Source of the DNA: an uncultured Gemmatimonadaceae bacterium
GTDB lineage: Bacteria > Gemmatimonadota > Gemmatimonadetes > Gemmatimonadales > Gemmatimonadaceae
Length of the DNA: 64,000 nucleotides
NCBI GenBank assembly: GCA_963817955.1
Contig: CAWFQK010000004.1
Coordinates: 480,001 to 544,000 of the forward strand
Direction of reading: 5' to 3'
This document shows, piece by piece, positions 1 through 9,983 of the stretch; within the stretch, counting starts at the first letter, position 1, and every line of letters starts with the position of its first letter. The position numbers and the translations under genes are program-made. Under the pieces are notes generated by a model. That model made no database searches, was not told the DNA's origin, and worked only from the letters and a program-made list of their open reading frames with translations.

Positions 1-8
1 CGGACTTT

Positions 9-755
9 TTGCGTGCTGCTCTGCTGCTCGGCGTGGTCCGCGAGCCTGACGTGCGCAGCTGGGCCGACGCGCTCCTCACGACCGATGCGGGGCCGATTGC
101 TCTCCTGGCCGACGTCGCCCTTGCCCCACCGGAGTTGACGGCGCTTCGCGAAGCCCTGCGACCCCTCGCGGCTCCATCCGACCGCGAATCGCTCGGGGCC
201 GCCCTACTCGCCTTTCTGGCGACTGATCCTGGGGCGGTTGCCGCCGCCACGTCGGATCGACTTCGGGTGCTGGCGCAACTTCGGCGCGAGGATCTCCTCA
301 CGCACGATCTCGCCGAGGCGATTAAAACGTTCGAAGATCGATGGATGCTTGCCGCCGCGGGGATCGGAGTCGATCCCGCGATTGCTCCTGACCTCGACCG
401 CTGGCTCGGGGTCGCGCACGGCCCCAGATACTATCGCATCTCGCTCGCGCACGCGGACGAGCGCGCGGCCCTACTCGCCGCGCTGTCGCGCACGGTCGTG
501 CGCGATCGGCGAACGATGCCGTCCCCGCTCGGCGCCCGTCAGGCGTGGCTTGTCGAAGCAGCGGCCGGCACGAGCCCCGCGGTGGTGCTCAACGCGGCAC
601 TCTGGCAACTCGCGGTCGGTGCATTCGCGCCCCTGCCTCTGGCGAGCCGCATCCCCTACGGCGCGCGCCCGCTCAATGCGGTGCAACTCTTGGACGAAGC
701 CACAGCCGAGCCGATGGGGGCGCGCGAGGCTGGCGATCGATTGGCGGCTGTATAA
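9..755 (+). CDS. Hypothetical protein, integron cassette 1 (start may lie before the window)
   Basis: 248-aa ORF. Its TAA stop lies inside the R'' box (GTATAAC) of attC1, a typical cassette layout. Confidence 0.65.
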   Translation: MRAALLLGVVREPDVRSWADALLTTDAGPIALLADVALAPPELTALREALRPLAAPSDRESLGAALLAFLATDPGAVAAATSDRLRVLAQLRREDLLTHDLAEAIKTFEDRWMLAAAGIGVDPAIAPDLDRWLGVAHGPRYYRISLAHADERAALLAALSRTVVRDRRTMPSPLGARQAWLVEAAAGTSPAVVLNAALWQLAVGAFAPLPLASRIPYGARPLNAVQLLDEATAEPMGAREAGDRLAAV

Positions 756-872
756 CGGGCGCTCCACCTGACAGGTGCCGACGGTCGTGGATCGTGGCGC
801 CCGCCAGCGTCGCGCAGTAGTCTTTTGATATCGCGCCTAATCGGGCCCTGCAGGTGAGCTCAAGCGTTATAC
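750..872 (+). repeat. attC site 1
   Basis: R'' GTATAAC (750-756) and R' GTTATAC (866-872) are complementary. L'' CTCCACCT pairs with L' AGGTGAG leaving one extra base. Closely similar to attC2. Confidence 0.9.
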
Positions 873-924
873 GGCAACAGCATTCCGCTGCAGAGCAACC
901 AGACGACCGCCGCGTCCTTAATAC

Positions 925-1738
925 GTGCCAGCGACGATTGATCATCCCGCATTCTGTCAACCGCGCGATCCATCCGCGCGAGTCTGGCGTTACATGGATC
1001 TTGCGAAGCTGGTCGGCGTTCTGGACACGCGCTCCCTCTACTTCGCCCGCATAGATCAACTCGCCGATCCCTTCGAGGGATCTCTTTCGAGAGCGGAATT
1101 CGAACAACTGAAAGCCACCGCCGAAAAGGGAGAGAGAGAACACCGTCCCTCCCGACTGGCGCGGTCGATATCTGGAAATACTGCTCGCGAACGCTCGGCG
1201 GCAACGGAAGTCAACGTACGTCAACTGTTGGCACCTGAACGACGGTGAATCGGAAGCAATGTGGCGGCTGTACGCATCGTCGGGCTTAGGAGTCGCAATC
1301 CAGGCTACTTACGCCCGGCTGACAGCTGCGCTCCCAAGCGATATAGAACCTCCTCCGGCTACGTACCACGCGGGTGGACTGACAAGACCGCCGGTCTACC
1401 TTGGCGTCGTGCAGTACACCGACCACGAGCGCGACCCAATGCCTACCGGGAACGCGTTCTACCCAGTGCTTCACAAGCGACGCGCGTTTACACACGAAGA
1501 AGAAGTTCGAGCTGTGATCTGGCTTGGCGACCGCGGGATATTCCACGATCCGGCGAATCAGGCGGACAATCCTCTTGGCCTCACCGTCCCAATAGGACCG
1601 GAAGCTCTCATTGAATCCGTGCGGGTGTCGCCCCTGGCACCCCCCTGGTTCGCTGATGTTGTTCGCTCCGTCGTGAACAAGTTCGCTGTGGCCATACCCG
1701 TAACGCAGTCCGGACTTACGAGCCCCCCGTACTTATAG
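925..1738 (+). CDS. DUF2971-like protein, cassette 2 (one frameshift at ~1130-1210)
   Basis: ORFs 925-1248 and 1259-1738 join into one protein. Motifs: WRYMDLAK..LYFARIDQLADPFEG, VNCWHLNDGESEAMWRLY, KRRAFTHEEEVR, VRVSPLAP. Confidence 0.7.
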
Positions 1739-1780
1739 GGCTGCGCCGTCCGAGCGCACGGGGCGGCATCTCGACCTGCC

Positions 1781-1903
1781 GTATAACGTGCGCTGCACCT
1801 GTCAGGTGCCGCCGATCGCTGGTCGTGGCGCCCGTCGGCATCGCGTAGTAGTCTTTTGGTATCGCACCTAAGCTGGCCCTGCAGGTGAGCTATTGCGTTA
1901 GAC
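1781..1903 (+). repeat. attC site 2
   Basis: GTATAAC(1781)...GTTAGAC(1897). Cassette 2 ends are complementary (GTTATACGGC / GCCGTATAAC). Same family as attC1. Confidence 0.9.
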
Positions 1904-1927
1904 CGCGACCTCCAATCACGTGCAACC

Positions 1928-2863
1928 ATGAGAAACTTCTTGAGATTTGTTCGAGGTCGTCGCTGCCGGACTAGTCGCCTATTGCTGGTGCTGGCAGCGC
2001 TCGCGACGGCTGCGCGCTCGCCGCTCGCTCAATCGCGCGGCGCTATGCCAGCGCGCCGCCAAGCTTGCGTTACCGTCGGAACGATGACGCGAGCCGAAGT
2101 CGCACCTGATACTGCGGCCGTGTATTCGGCCGAGTCGGCTGACTTTCCCGCAGGATGGCTCCGCCGGGGAACGTCAGTTCGCGTCATGAGCACGACTGGA
2201 ACCTGGGCTACTGTTGCGGCGCCCGAAGGCGACTCTCATGGATATCGCATGCGAGGCTCCGATCTATGCGTGCTCCCGGGCACAAATACCGACTCCATTG
2301 CCGGGCGCTCCGCCAGCCGTCCTCTGATCCCCGACCCCGTTGTCGGCTACTTCGCTCGCGAGGGACTAGACGTAAGCGCGATCATTCAGATTGACTCAAT
2401 GGTCTCGACCCAGACAGATCGCGCCGGCGGTGCCTACGCGGTCACGGACTACGCGGTCAAGTACCTCGTCGCGAGTGGCCGTGTTTTACAAAGCCGACCA
2501 ATGCCTGGCTGGTATGATGAGATTAGCGTTAGAACACTCGTTTGGGAGCCACTGAGTGGCATCGGCGAGTCAGGAAACGGACCATCGGTTTGGGTCGATC
2601 AGCGCGCGGACTCTGCCCGGCGCAGCTTGCGCGTCATCAACATTGGAGGCGGTGGCGTGCCCGTTGTCGTGTATGCGGGCTCTTCACCCGTCGGAATTCA
2701 GATCATTGGGTTCGTTCCAAGCGCAGGATCGGAATGGATCATCGGACAGTGCTCCAATCGTACATTGCGCGTTAGTGAACGATCGTTAATGATGTTTCGT
2801 AATGCCGACATCAGCCAAGCTCTCATGAGCGAGGGTAATCGATTGTGTGCTATTGGTCAGTGA
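1928..2863 (+). CDS. Secreted hypothetical protein with possible SH3-like N-terminal domain, cassette 3
   Basis: 311-aa ORF with a signal peptide (LLLVLAALATAARSPLAQ) and an SH3-like segment (LRRGTSVRVMSTTGTWATV..GY). Confidence 0.65.
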   Translation: MRNFLRFVRGRRCRTSRLLLVLAALATAARSPLAQSRGAMPARRQACVTVGTMTRAEVAPDTAAVYSAESADFPAGWLRRGTSVRVMSTTGTWATVAAPEGDSHGYRMRGSDLCVLPGTNTDSIAGRSASRPLIPDPVVGYFAREGLDVSAIIQIDSMVSTQTDRAGGAYAVTDYAVKYLVASGRVLQSRPMPGWYDEISVRTLVWEPLSGIGESGNGPSVWVDQRADSARRSLRVINIGGGGVPVVVYAGSSPVGIQIIGFVPSAGSEWIIGQCSNRTLRVSERSLMMFRNADISQALMSEGNRLCAIGQ

Positions 2864-2899
2864 GCGACGCTCTGATAGCTATACTCATCGCGCCCGTCG

Positions 2900-4576
2900 C
2901 GGCGAGTGTCAAGATAGATGTCGCATGACGCGTCACGCGACTGCGCTGCGGCGACGGTTCCGCGGGTCGTGATCCGGATTGAGCCGAGACGGCGGCGATC
3001 GGCTCCCAGTTGCGCGTGGCCCCGCTCCAGCGCGTCGGGCGTCCGACGACGCGCGCGCGGCGTAGACGGCGTGACGCGCGGCGAGGAGCGCGACGTCGCG
3101 CCCCGCGTGCCGATCGTCGGGCGTCACGAAGCGAATCGCGCTGTGGAGATGCCTGCGTGTTGTACCAGCGGACAAAGGCAGCGCACCCAGGCGCGCGCCG
3201 CCGCGAGATCCACGAAGGGCTGCGACGGATATCGGGCCGATACTTCATCGTGCGGAAGAGCGATTCGGAAAACGCATTGTCATTGCTCACGCGGGGGCGA
3301 CTGAAGGAGGCGAGCACGCCCAGCCGCTCGAGCGTCGCGACCATCGTGGCGCCCTTCATCGGCCCGCCGTTGTCGGCGTGCAGCACGATGCCCGCGCGGA
3401 TCCACGCGCTGCGCGCGACACGTCGCGGGAAGAGCGCCGCGGCCTGGAAGCCGACACTCGTGCACCGCCGCAGCCGAAGATCTTCGCGGCTCCAGACGTC
3501 GATCATCAGATACAAGTACAGGAAGACCCCGCGCACCGGCGTCTTGAGATAGGTTATGTCCCAACTCCAGAGCTGATTCGGCCCCGTGGCGACGATGCGC
3601 GCGCAGCGGCCGGCGCACGGGCGCCTTCGCGCGCCCGCGATGCTGCGAGCAACTGCCTCCGCGCGCAGAATCCGATACATGGTCGATTCGGAGGCGAGAT
3701 AGCGCCCAGCATCCGCGAGCCGCGGCACGATCTGATGCGGCGTGAGGTCCCGATAGGCGGGCGACGTTCATCGACCGCGAGAATGCGTCCGCTGCTCCCC
3801 GGGCGTGAGTGTGTTCGGCGGCGCCGATGATGCGGGCCGTGGCGCGCGCATCGGTCGGTCGTCTCGGGCCCGGCGCGCCACCGCTCGACGCGTGCGCACG
3901 CTGAGGCCGACCATCTGACACGCCGGGCCGCGGCGCGCGCCGGCCCCGACCGCCGTCCTCGATCAGCGCCACGAATCATCGTCTCGCGTCTGCGGGTCCG
4001 TGGTAGCGTCCGCGTCCCCCCAGATCGCTTGGACTTTTTTTTTGAGCACCAGGAGCGCCGCCGTCTCGGCCAGCGCGGCATCCTTCCGCCGCAGCTCGCG
4101 TTCGAGCTCCTGAATGCGTTTCGCATCGGCCGAGCGCGGCGTGCCGAGGGCCGGCTCACTCAGCGCCGCTTCCGCCGCGCGTCGCCAGGCGGTCAGATCG
4201 CGCCTCGTGCAGCCCTTCGCGCCGGAGCAGCGCGCCCAGCTCGCTGCTCGCTCAGCCCGCGCGCTTCGCGTCACGACGCGGAGCTTCTCCGCGCCCGTCC
4301 ACTTCTTCTTCGTCGAGGAGTGTCATGCCGCTCGACGTTACGCGGTTCCGCGCAGCACCCATCGCGAGAGGCGTGGCTTGACGGCACACCGACTTCGTGC
4401 GCGAGCGCGTTGGCACTCATCGCCGACGGCCCGATCAAGCGACGTAGCATTCGCGTCCTTGAACGCCGGACTGTACTGCGGCATCAGCAACTATCCACCT
4501 TTGACCCCCGAGGATGGATCTACGTTTGACCGCTGAAGCTACTGCGGTCGTGCGACAACTATCCTGACACCGGGGG
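2900..4576 (-). mobile_element. IS3-family insertion sequence
   Basis: Inverted repeats TGTCAAGATAGATGTCGCA (2907-2925) and TGCGACAACTATCCTGACA (4551-4569) match at 17/19. Encodes orfA/orfB fragments. Exact outer ends are uncertain and no clear target duplication is visible. Confidence 0.85.
2933..4484 (-). CDS. IS3-family transposase OrfAB (many apparent indels)
   Basis: OrfA ends ELERELRRKDAALAETAALLVLKKKV with an A9 slippery run at 4035-4043. OrfB has the rve core NQLWSWDITYL..HADNGGPMKG..SRPRVSNDNAFSESLFRTMKY. Confidence 0.85.
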
Positions 4577-4581
4577 GTGCG

Positions 4582-4676
4582 GTCTAACGAACTCTGCACT
4601 TGTCAGGGGCGCTGCGGAACGCGCGCTGCGCGCGCATCTTGTTGGATGCCCCTGCAAGTGAGCTGGGGCGTTAGGC
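4582..4676 (+). repeat. attC site 3
   Basis: GTCTAAC...GTTAGGC. GCGGTCTAAC complements the cassette 3 start GTTAGACCGC. Internal stems CACTTGTCAGGGGC/GCCCCTGCAAGTG and a GCGCGC hairpin. Confidence 0.9.
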
Positions 4677-4940
4677 AACTTCCAATCCACGATGCCCTTA
4701 CAGCTTGATTTATACGAGGAAATGCTCTCGCTCATCAGCGAGCAGGCGGATGCCATCGCTGAGGATTCCTTCAGCATGTTCCCAACGCAGGTCGGCTCGT
4801 GCTGGCAGGTGCGGATTCCGACGAAGTTGACCACCGAGTCCGATCGAAGCTGACCACCGAGTCCGACGAATCTGACCAGCACGTTAGCAGTGGCGGTTGT
4901 GTCGGAGCGAAGCGACGGGCAGTGGGTCAGTGAGCCGTGG

Positions 4941-5710
4941 TTAGGAGGTCGGGGTCGGAGTGGACGGGGAGTGCTCGGCCGCAGCCAGGCGTTTGCGCAT
5001 GGAGCCGCCCTTGAGGGTGAGAGTGTGCGCGCCATGCACGAGTCGGTCGAGGATGGCGTCGGCGAGCGTGGGATTGCCAATGTATTCGTGCCAGTGTTCG
5101 ATCGGCAGCTGACTCGTGACGAGCGTCGCCCGCTTACGATACCGATCGTCCAGCACTTCGAGCAGATCGCGTCGTTCGGGATCGTTCAGCGACACAAGTC
5201 CCCAATCGTCCAAAATGACTAGATCCGTCTTGGCGAGCTTGAGGAGCAGCTTGGGGTACGAGCCGTCGCGCGCGCGAGCGCGAGTGCATGGAGGAGCCGG
5301 CCGAGGCGGAAGTAGCGCGTGGTCAGCCCGTGGCGGCAGGCGGCGTGGCCCAACGCACACGCGAGATAACTCTTGCCCACCCCGGTGGCACCGACCAGGA
5401 GCACGACCTGGTGCTGCCGCACCCACTCCGCGGAAATCAGACGCACGAGGACGCTGCGATCGAGCCCGCGCGGCGCCCGCCAGTCGATGTCCTCGGCGGC
5501 CGCCGCGGCGAGGGCGAGCCGCGCGTCTTGTAAGAGGCGCTGCAGTCGGCGGTCTTCGCGGTAGGTCACCTCCCGCTCGAGCAAGAGTGCGAGGCGTTCT
5601 TCAAAGGGGAGATCGACCGCCGCACTGGTCTGGAGTTGCTCGCCGAAGGCGGCCGCCATGCCGGGCAGCCGGAGGGCGTGAAGGCGCTCGACAGTCGTAT
5701 ACGAAGTCAT
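4941..5710 (-). CDS. istB: IS21 helper ATPase IstB (frameshift ~5275)
   Basis: Walker [40 protein letters not shown] overlap with the istA stop. Confidence 0.92.
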
Positions 5711-7314
5711 AATGAGAGTTTCTCCTGGATCGGGGGGTGTGCGAGGGACGTGAGGGATGCGGGGGACGAGGGAGGTGAGGGTGGCGTGAAGTAGTTCGCG
5801 CCACGCACGTGGGCATGGGTCGGCGGCAGCGTCAGCGTGGCGGGCTCTTCGAGCGGCACGGCATCGAGACCATGTTCGAGAATGGATTTCACCGAGCGAT
5901 AGGACACCGCGCCGCTGCGGAGGGCGCGGAAGCACGCCGCCTCGACTCGGGGGTCGGTGTACCGCTTGGCGAGGCTCATGAGGCCGAGGCAGGCGCGATA
6001 GCCCTGCTCCGGGTGGGGCTTGCTCTCGAGAATTCGCTGGACCACGGCGCCCGTGGACTGGCCGATGGCCTCCCCCCAGCGGACTAATCGATCCGGCGTC
6101 CACTCGAGATGCTTCTGGTGCGCCTTGGGCCGATGCGTGGGCTCGGTGGTGAAGCCGCCGATGTGGCGACTGCGCGGATGCAGGGCGACGCGTTGCCCGC
6201 CGTACAAGATTTCGACCGCCGTGGCGGTGAGCCGCACCTCGACGGCTTTGCGGAGCAGCCGATGCGGCACGCTGTAGTAGTGCCGCTCGACCTCGATGTG
6301 ATAGTCGATGTTCACGCGCGCTTTCTTCCACTCCGAGTATGTATAGGAGTGACTCGGGAGCGGCAGGAGCGCCGGGCGGTCGAGCGTCTCCAACAGCGTG
6401 CGGCGGGTACCCGCGAGCTTCTGAAACGGCCGGTCGTTGAGCGCGGCGAGCAGTCGTGCGATTTCGCGGTTGGCCGCCGCGAGACCGATCAGCGTGTGGT
6501 GCCGGAGGGGGGCCAGGACCCAGCGCTCACAGATTTGCACCGCTGTTTCAACTTTCGCCTTGTCCCGAGGCGACCGCACCCGGGTGGGCAGCACCGTGGT
6601 CCCGTAGTGTGCCGCGAGATCGGCGTACGTGGGGTTAACGTCGGGATCATAGAAACACGGCTGGCGGACGCCGCTGCGCAGATTATCCGGGATTGTCAGG
6701 CGTGGCACCCCGCCGAAGCCCGCGTACATCCGCACGTGTGAGCCGATCCAGTCCGGCAGCGACTGCGTCCACGTCAGCTCGGCGAACGTGTAATTGCTCG
6801 CGCCCAGCGTGCCGACGAAGAGCTGCGCCTCGCGGCACTCGCCCGTGCTCGGGTCCACGACGGGGAGCGTCTGCCCGGCATAATCGACGAACACCTTCTC
6901 CCCGGCGACGTGGGCCTGGCGCAGCACCGGATCCAGCGTGTCCGCCCACGCGCGATAGAGCGTCGTAAACTGCGAATACTGATAGCCCGTCGGCTGGGTG
7001 GCCTTGTACTCTAACCAGAGGAGCCGCAGGGTGACCCCTTTGCGGCGCAGCTCCTGGTGCAGCGTCGGCCAGTCTGGGACGAGTTTGGGGATCGTCAGCG
7101 GCTCGGGAGGAACGAGCTGGGCGCTCAACGCTGCGTCATCGAGGCGCGCGCAGTCCGGCCACTGCACGCCGGCCAGCGTCGCGCGATCCAGATAGAGCCC
7201 AACGGTATTGTGGCTGATGTTCAGGCTGCGGCCAATGGCCCGACGACTGAGGCCCGTGGCAGCGAGGCGGAGCACTTCACGAAGTTTGCGCATGGAGAGG
7301 CGGTCTGCGGCCAT
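5707..7314 (-). CDS. istA: IS21 transposase IstA
   Basis: 535 aa. Motifs FVDYAG, IPDNLRSGV, PRDKAKVETAVQ, VNIDYHIEV..YYSVP. Confidence 0.95.
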   Translation of the reverse strand: MAADRLSMRKLREVLRLAATGLSRRAIGRSLNISHNTVGLYLDRATLAGVQWPDCARLDDAALSAQLVPPEPLTIPKLVPDWPTLHQELRRKGVTLRLLWLEYKATQPTGYQYSQFTTLYRAWADTLDPVLRQAHVAGEKVFVDYAGQTLPVVDPSTGECREAQLFVGTLGASNYTFAELTWTQSLPDWIGSHVRMYAGFGGVPRLTIPDNLRSGVRQPCFYDPDVNPTYADLAAHYGTTVLPTRVRSPRDKAKVETAVQICERWVLAPLRHHTLIGLAAANREIARLLAALNDRPFQKLAGTRRTLLETLDRPALLPLPSHSYTYSEWKKARVNIDYHIEVERHYYSVPHRLLRKAVEVRLTATAVEILYGGQRVALHPRSRHIGGFTTEPTHRPKAHQKHLEWTPDRLVRWGEAIGQSTGAVVQRILESKPHPEQGYRACLGLMSLAKRYTDPRVEAACFRALRSGAVSYRSVKSILEHGLDAVPLEEPATLTLPPTHAHVRGANYFTPPSPPSSPASLTSLAHPPIQEKLSL

Positions 7315-8191
7315 GGTCTTCTCCTGGGAGGTCCAGGGGAAGCCGTCGGCGTTCGATCGTCCGTCGCCTTACTTCTCCAAAGCCGCGATGCGCAGCAGTG
7401 CTCAGCGGTGCCGTGGTGGGCGGCTTCCCCGTCACGGCTGGTCAATATCGCCGGAACGGGTGGGCAGCATCACCGGAATCGCTGGTCAGATTCGTCGGAA
7501 TCGGTGGTCAGCTTGCACCGGAATCGCTGGTCAGCTTGGCCCGGATTCGGTGGTCAGAATCGGCCGGAATACGCAGGCAGGATGAGCTGTTCGTCTGCGG
7601 GCGTGCGGTCAACGGCTATGAGCCCGTCTGGACGCGCGCCGACGTTGCAACAAGCGCCGGCAGGATCCGCATCCTTGACGCGATTCGGACTCAATACGAA
7701 GCGACCGGGTGCCAGATGCGTTGGATCACGGATTGGTGGAACGCGCGCACTGGTTACAATACCGCGCGGTCGGCGTTTTGGAGAGTCATTCGCGAGGCTA
7801 CGTACGGCCTGGGTATTGTTGCCCCGCAGAGCCTGGAATGGTCAGCCTCGCTGGCCTGGGGAAATCTCTACCGGGTCGCTCCGGGCGTGACCGGTAATCC
7901 ATCGGCACAACTGAGACAACGAATCCAACTCGATTTGTGTGGCGAGCGGTTAGCTCGGGATTTAGCGATCCTTCGACCACGGCGCATGCTCTTCCTGGCC
8001 GGAATGGAATGGGTCGAACCCTTCCTGCATCGGTATGAATCCGATCTCGTGAGGCGCAGCGGCTTGGTTCAAGGGTACGGCACGCTTCATCTGGCGGACG
8101 GATGGCGAATCGCCACTGTGATTGCCAAACACCCGCAAGGCAAACCAGAGGGTCCACTAACCGCCGAAGTTCTCGATTGCTTCAGCAAGTT

Positions 8192-8288
8192 GCCTAACGA
8201 TCGTTGAACTCGACAAGCAATCTTCGGATGGCGCTGGCTTCGCCAGCGCTTTATTGGACTCGCTTGCGAGTTAACTCGGGCGTTACGC
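8192..8288 (+). repeat. attC site 4
   Basis: GCCTAAC...GTTACGC. AGTTGCCTAAC complements the cassette 4 start GTTAGGCAACT (11 bp). Central GCGCTGGC-TTC-GCCAGCGC hairpin. Confidence 0.88.
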
Positions 8289-8782
8289 CGCAATTGTAGT
8301 TGCATGAGAGGAACCGTTCTTCTAATCGAGCTCCACACCGCGCTGGCCCCTCGCCCAGAGCCAGTCCCGGCGGACGCGCGCCTCACCAATACTCCGCTCA
8401 CCAGAACTCCGCCCACCAGTACCGTCCCGCGCCCGACGCGACTCCAGTGTCGCGTCTGTCAACACGGCCACCTCCACCTCATCGAGCGGGTCGACCGACC
8501 GCGCGCCCCGCCATGACGCGCCTGGTTCGGTCAGCACGCTCGGATCATGGATCGGCAACGGTGTCGATCGCGCCGCCGTCCAGCCGTGCTGCACCCTCCC
8601 CCGACGTACCACGTCTTACACCGGGTGCACTGGCACTGACCCGCGCTCAGCCGCCGTCACCCGGCGCCTTCGCCGAGTCGCGCGTGCATCCTAGCTCGAA
8701 AGATCCTCGCGGCCGCGTCCATCTCGCTTGAAATTCCAGAGGCCTTGATCCCTCCGCCCGTCACGCGCGGATCGAGTTCAAC
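8289..8782 (+). mobile_element. Probable internally deleted IS91-like (rolling-circle) element remnant occupying a cassette slot
   Basis: ORF 8304-8516 ends CRVCQHGHLHLIERVDRPRAPP, resembling the CxxC...RAPP tail of IS91-family transposases. Downstream GCTTGAAATTCCAGA (~8726-8740) resembles oriIS-type ends. Confidence 0.55.
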
Positions 8783-8832
8783 TGGAGATTTTGCCGCGGC
8801 TTCGCGCGGCACGAATCTCTACTGCGTTATAC
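8776..8832 (+). repeat. Short (57-bp) attC-like site 5
   Basis: GTTCAAC...GTTATAC flanking the stem GAGATT-TTGCCGCG..CGCGGCA-CG-AATCTC. The next cassette starts GTTATAC and ends GTATAAC. Confidence 0.7.
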
Positions 8833-8852
8833 CGCGACACCCTTGATTCATC

Positions 8853-9591
8853 ATGCCGGACTACGAATGCGCCTACTGCGGTCACGTCGCACCGGCGACT
8901 GACGATCACGTGCCGGCGAAGAACCTCTTCGTCGGCCCGCTCGCAGGTGATCTGCCCTCCGTGAAGTCGTGCGACTCTTGCAACGGGGGTTCGTCCAAAG
9001 ACGACGAGTATTTTCGCGACGTCATCCTCAAATACCTTCCAGTGTCGGATCGGGCCGCAGCGCGACCGCTCGTCGCGAAGATGCTGCGCGCCGCCGGGAA
9101 GCCCGAAAAGGAGGCTTACGCACGGTCGATTCTCGGTGAGTTCCGAACCGTCGATCTGAGGACGCCGTCTGGGCTGAACGTCGGTACGCAAGACGCGTTC
9201 GCGCCCGATATGCCGCGCCTTGAACGAGTCGTTTCGCGATATGTGCGCGGACTACATTGAATATCACCTCGGCGTCCGCGCCCCTACCGACGCGCCCATT
9301 CGCATCGTCTTCAATCCAGATGAGATCAACCGGCGGCACGACGAGTTCGCGGCTATGTTCGTGGGCGGGCAGGCGTGCGTCGTGCAACACGGTGTCTTTC
9401 AATATGCTTGGAAGAAGTTCGGTGATGCACCCGCGAGTACGTACTGGCTGCTCATCTTTTTCGATGTCTGTCCGATCATTGGCGCCGTTCGGCCGCACCG
9501 GCTGGTTGGCGCGCCCTGCCGTATAACGAACGCTGAAGCTGGCAAAGAGACTATTGAATTGTTGCGCGCTTCGCGCGCAACTCTTATTTGA
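8853..9591 (+). CDS. HNH-endonuclease-like protein, cassette 6 (frameshift ~9255)
   Basis: CAYCG..TDDHVPAKNLF..VKSCDSCNGGSSKDDEYF. The C-terminal part continues in ORF 9220-9591. Confidence 0.72.
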
Positions 9592-9621
9592 TCTCTTTGC
9601 AGCTTAGCTGGGGCGTCATGC
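9521..9621 (+). repeat. attC site 6 (R' GTT mutated to GTC)
   Basis: GTATAAC..CTGAAGCTGGCAAAGAGA..TTGCGCGC-TTC-GCGCGCAA..TCTCTTTGCAGCTTAG..GTCATGC. The next cassette ends TGCCGCATAAC. Confidence 0.85.
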
Positions 9622-9641
9622 GGCAGACAAACATCCCCTGA

Positions 9642-9983
9642 ATGAAGATTCCAAACGGCAACCGCGCGATCGTCGATGACGTGAAGGTGCGCGACTACCT
9701 GCTCTCGCCCGACCATCCGATCGGCCGGTTCAAAGCCCGTGTCTTCGGCTCCGTCGGCTACGGTCGCGACAACTGGCAATGCCTGAGGGACGATCTCCTC
9801 GCGCTCGCGTCGACGATCGATGCCAACCCGGTTCAGACAAACCGGTTCGGCGAGCACTGGGCCGGCACGGGGCAGCGGCGCGGACCGAGCGGTGCCCCCT
9901 TGCCAGTCATGACTGTTTGGCTCATACCTTCTGAGGGCGCGTCGCCGCGCCTGATCACTGCGTATCCTGCGAGCGCCGCATGA
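9642..9983 (+). CDS. DUF6883-like protein (putative toxin)
   Basis: MKIPNGNRAIVDDVKVRDYLLSPDHPIGRFKARVF..TVWLI..PRLITAYP. Confidence 0.75.
   Translation: MKIPNGNRAIVDDVKVRDYLLSPDHPIGRFKARVFGSVGYGRDNWQCLRDDLLALASTIDANPVQTNRFGEHWAGTGQRRGPSGAPLPVMTVWLIPSEGASPRLITAYPASAA

Larger units (their letters stand above)
4810..7575 (-). mobile_element. IS21-family insertion sequence
   Basis: Ends TGCGGATTCCG...CGGAATACGCA. 6-bp target duplication GGCAGG (4804-4809 and 7576-7581). Three left and six right ~22-bp subterminal repeats. Encodes istA and istB. Confidence 0.95.
4692..8207 (+). pseudogene. Uracil-DNA-glycosylase-superfamily-like protein, cassette 4, split by IS21 (4692-4809 + 7582-8207)
   Basis: Removing the IS and one GGCAGG copy restores the frame: MPLQLDLYEE..GSCWQ|DELFVCGRAVNG..SAFWRVI..AWGNLYRVAP..GNPS..LRPRRMLFLAG..KHPQGKP. 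Confidence 0.7.

Noticed and set aside
7437..7575. Six ~22-bp repeats (and three at 4814-4880) as a CRISPR array
   Set aside because: They have no spacers and no cas genes are present. They are the subterminal repeats typical of IS21 ends.
7398..7581. N-terminus of the 269-aa ORF 7398-8207
   Set aside because: It is read through the IS21 end repeats. The real N-terminus is at 4692-4809.
8381..8424. Three ~15-bp repeats (CTCACCARWACTCCG)
   Set aside because: Short local duplication in a Pro/Thr-rich linker of the IS91-like remnant, with no independent significance visible.
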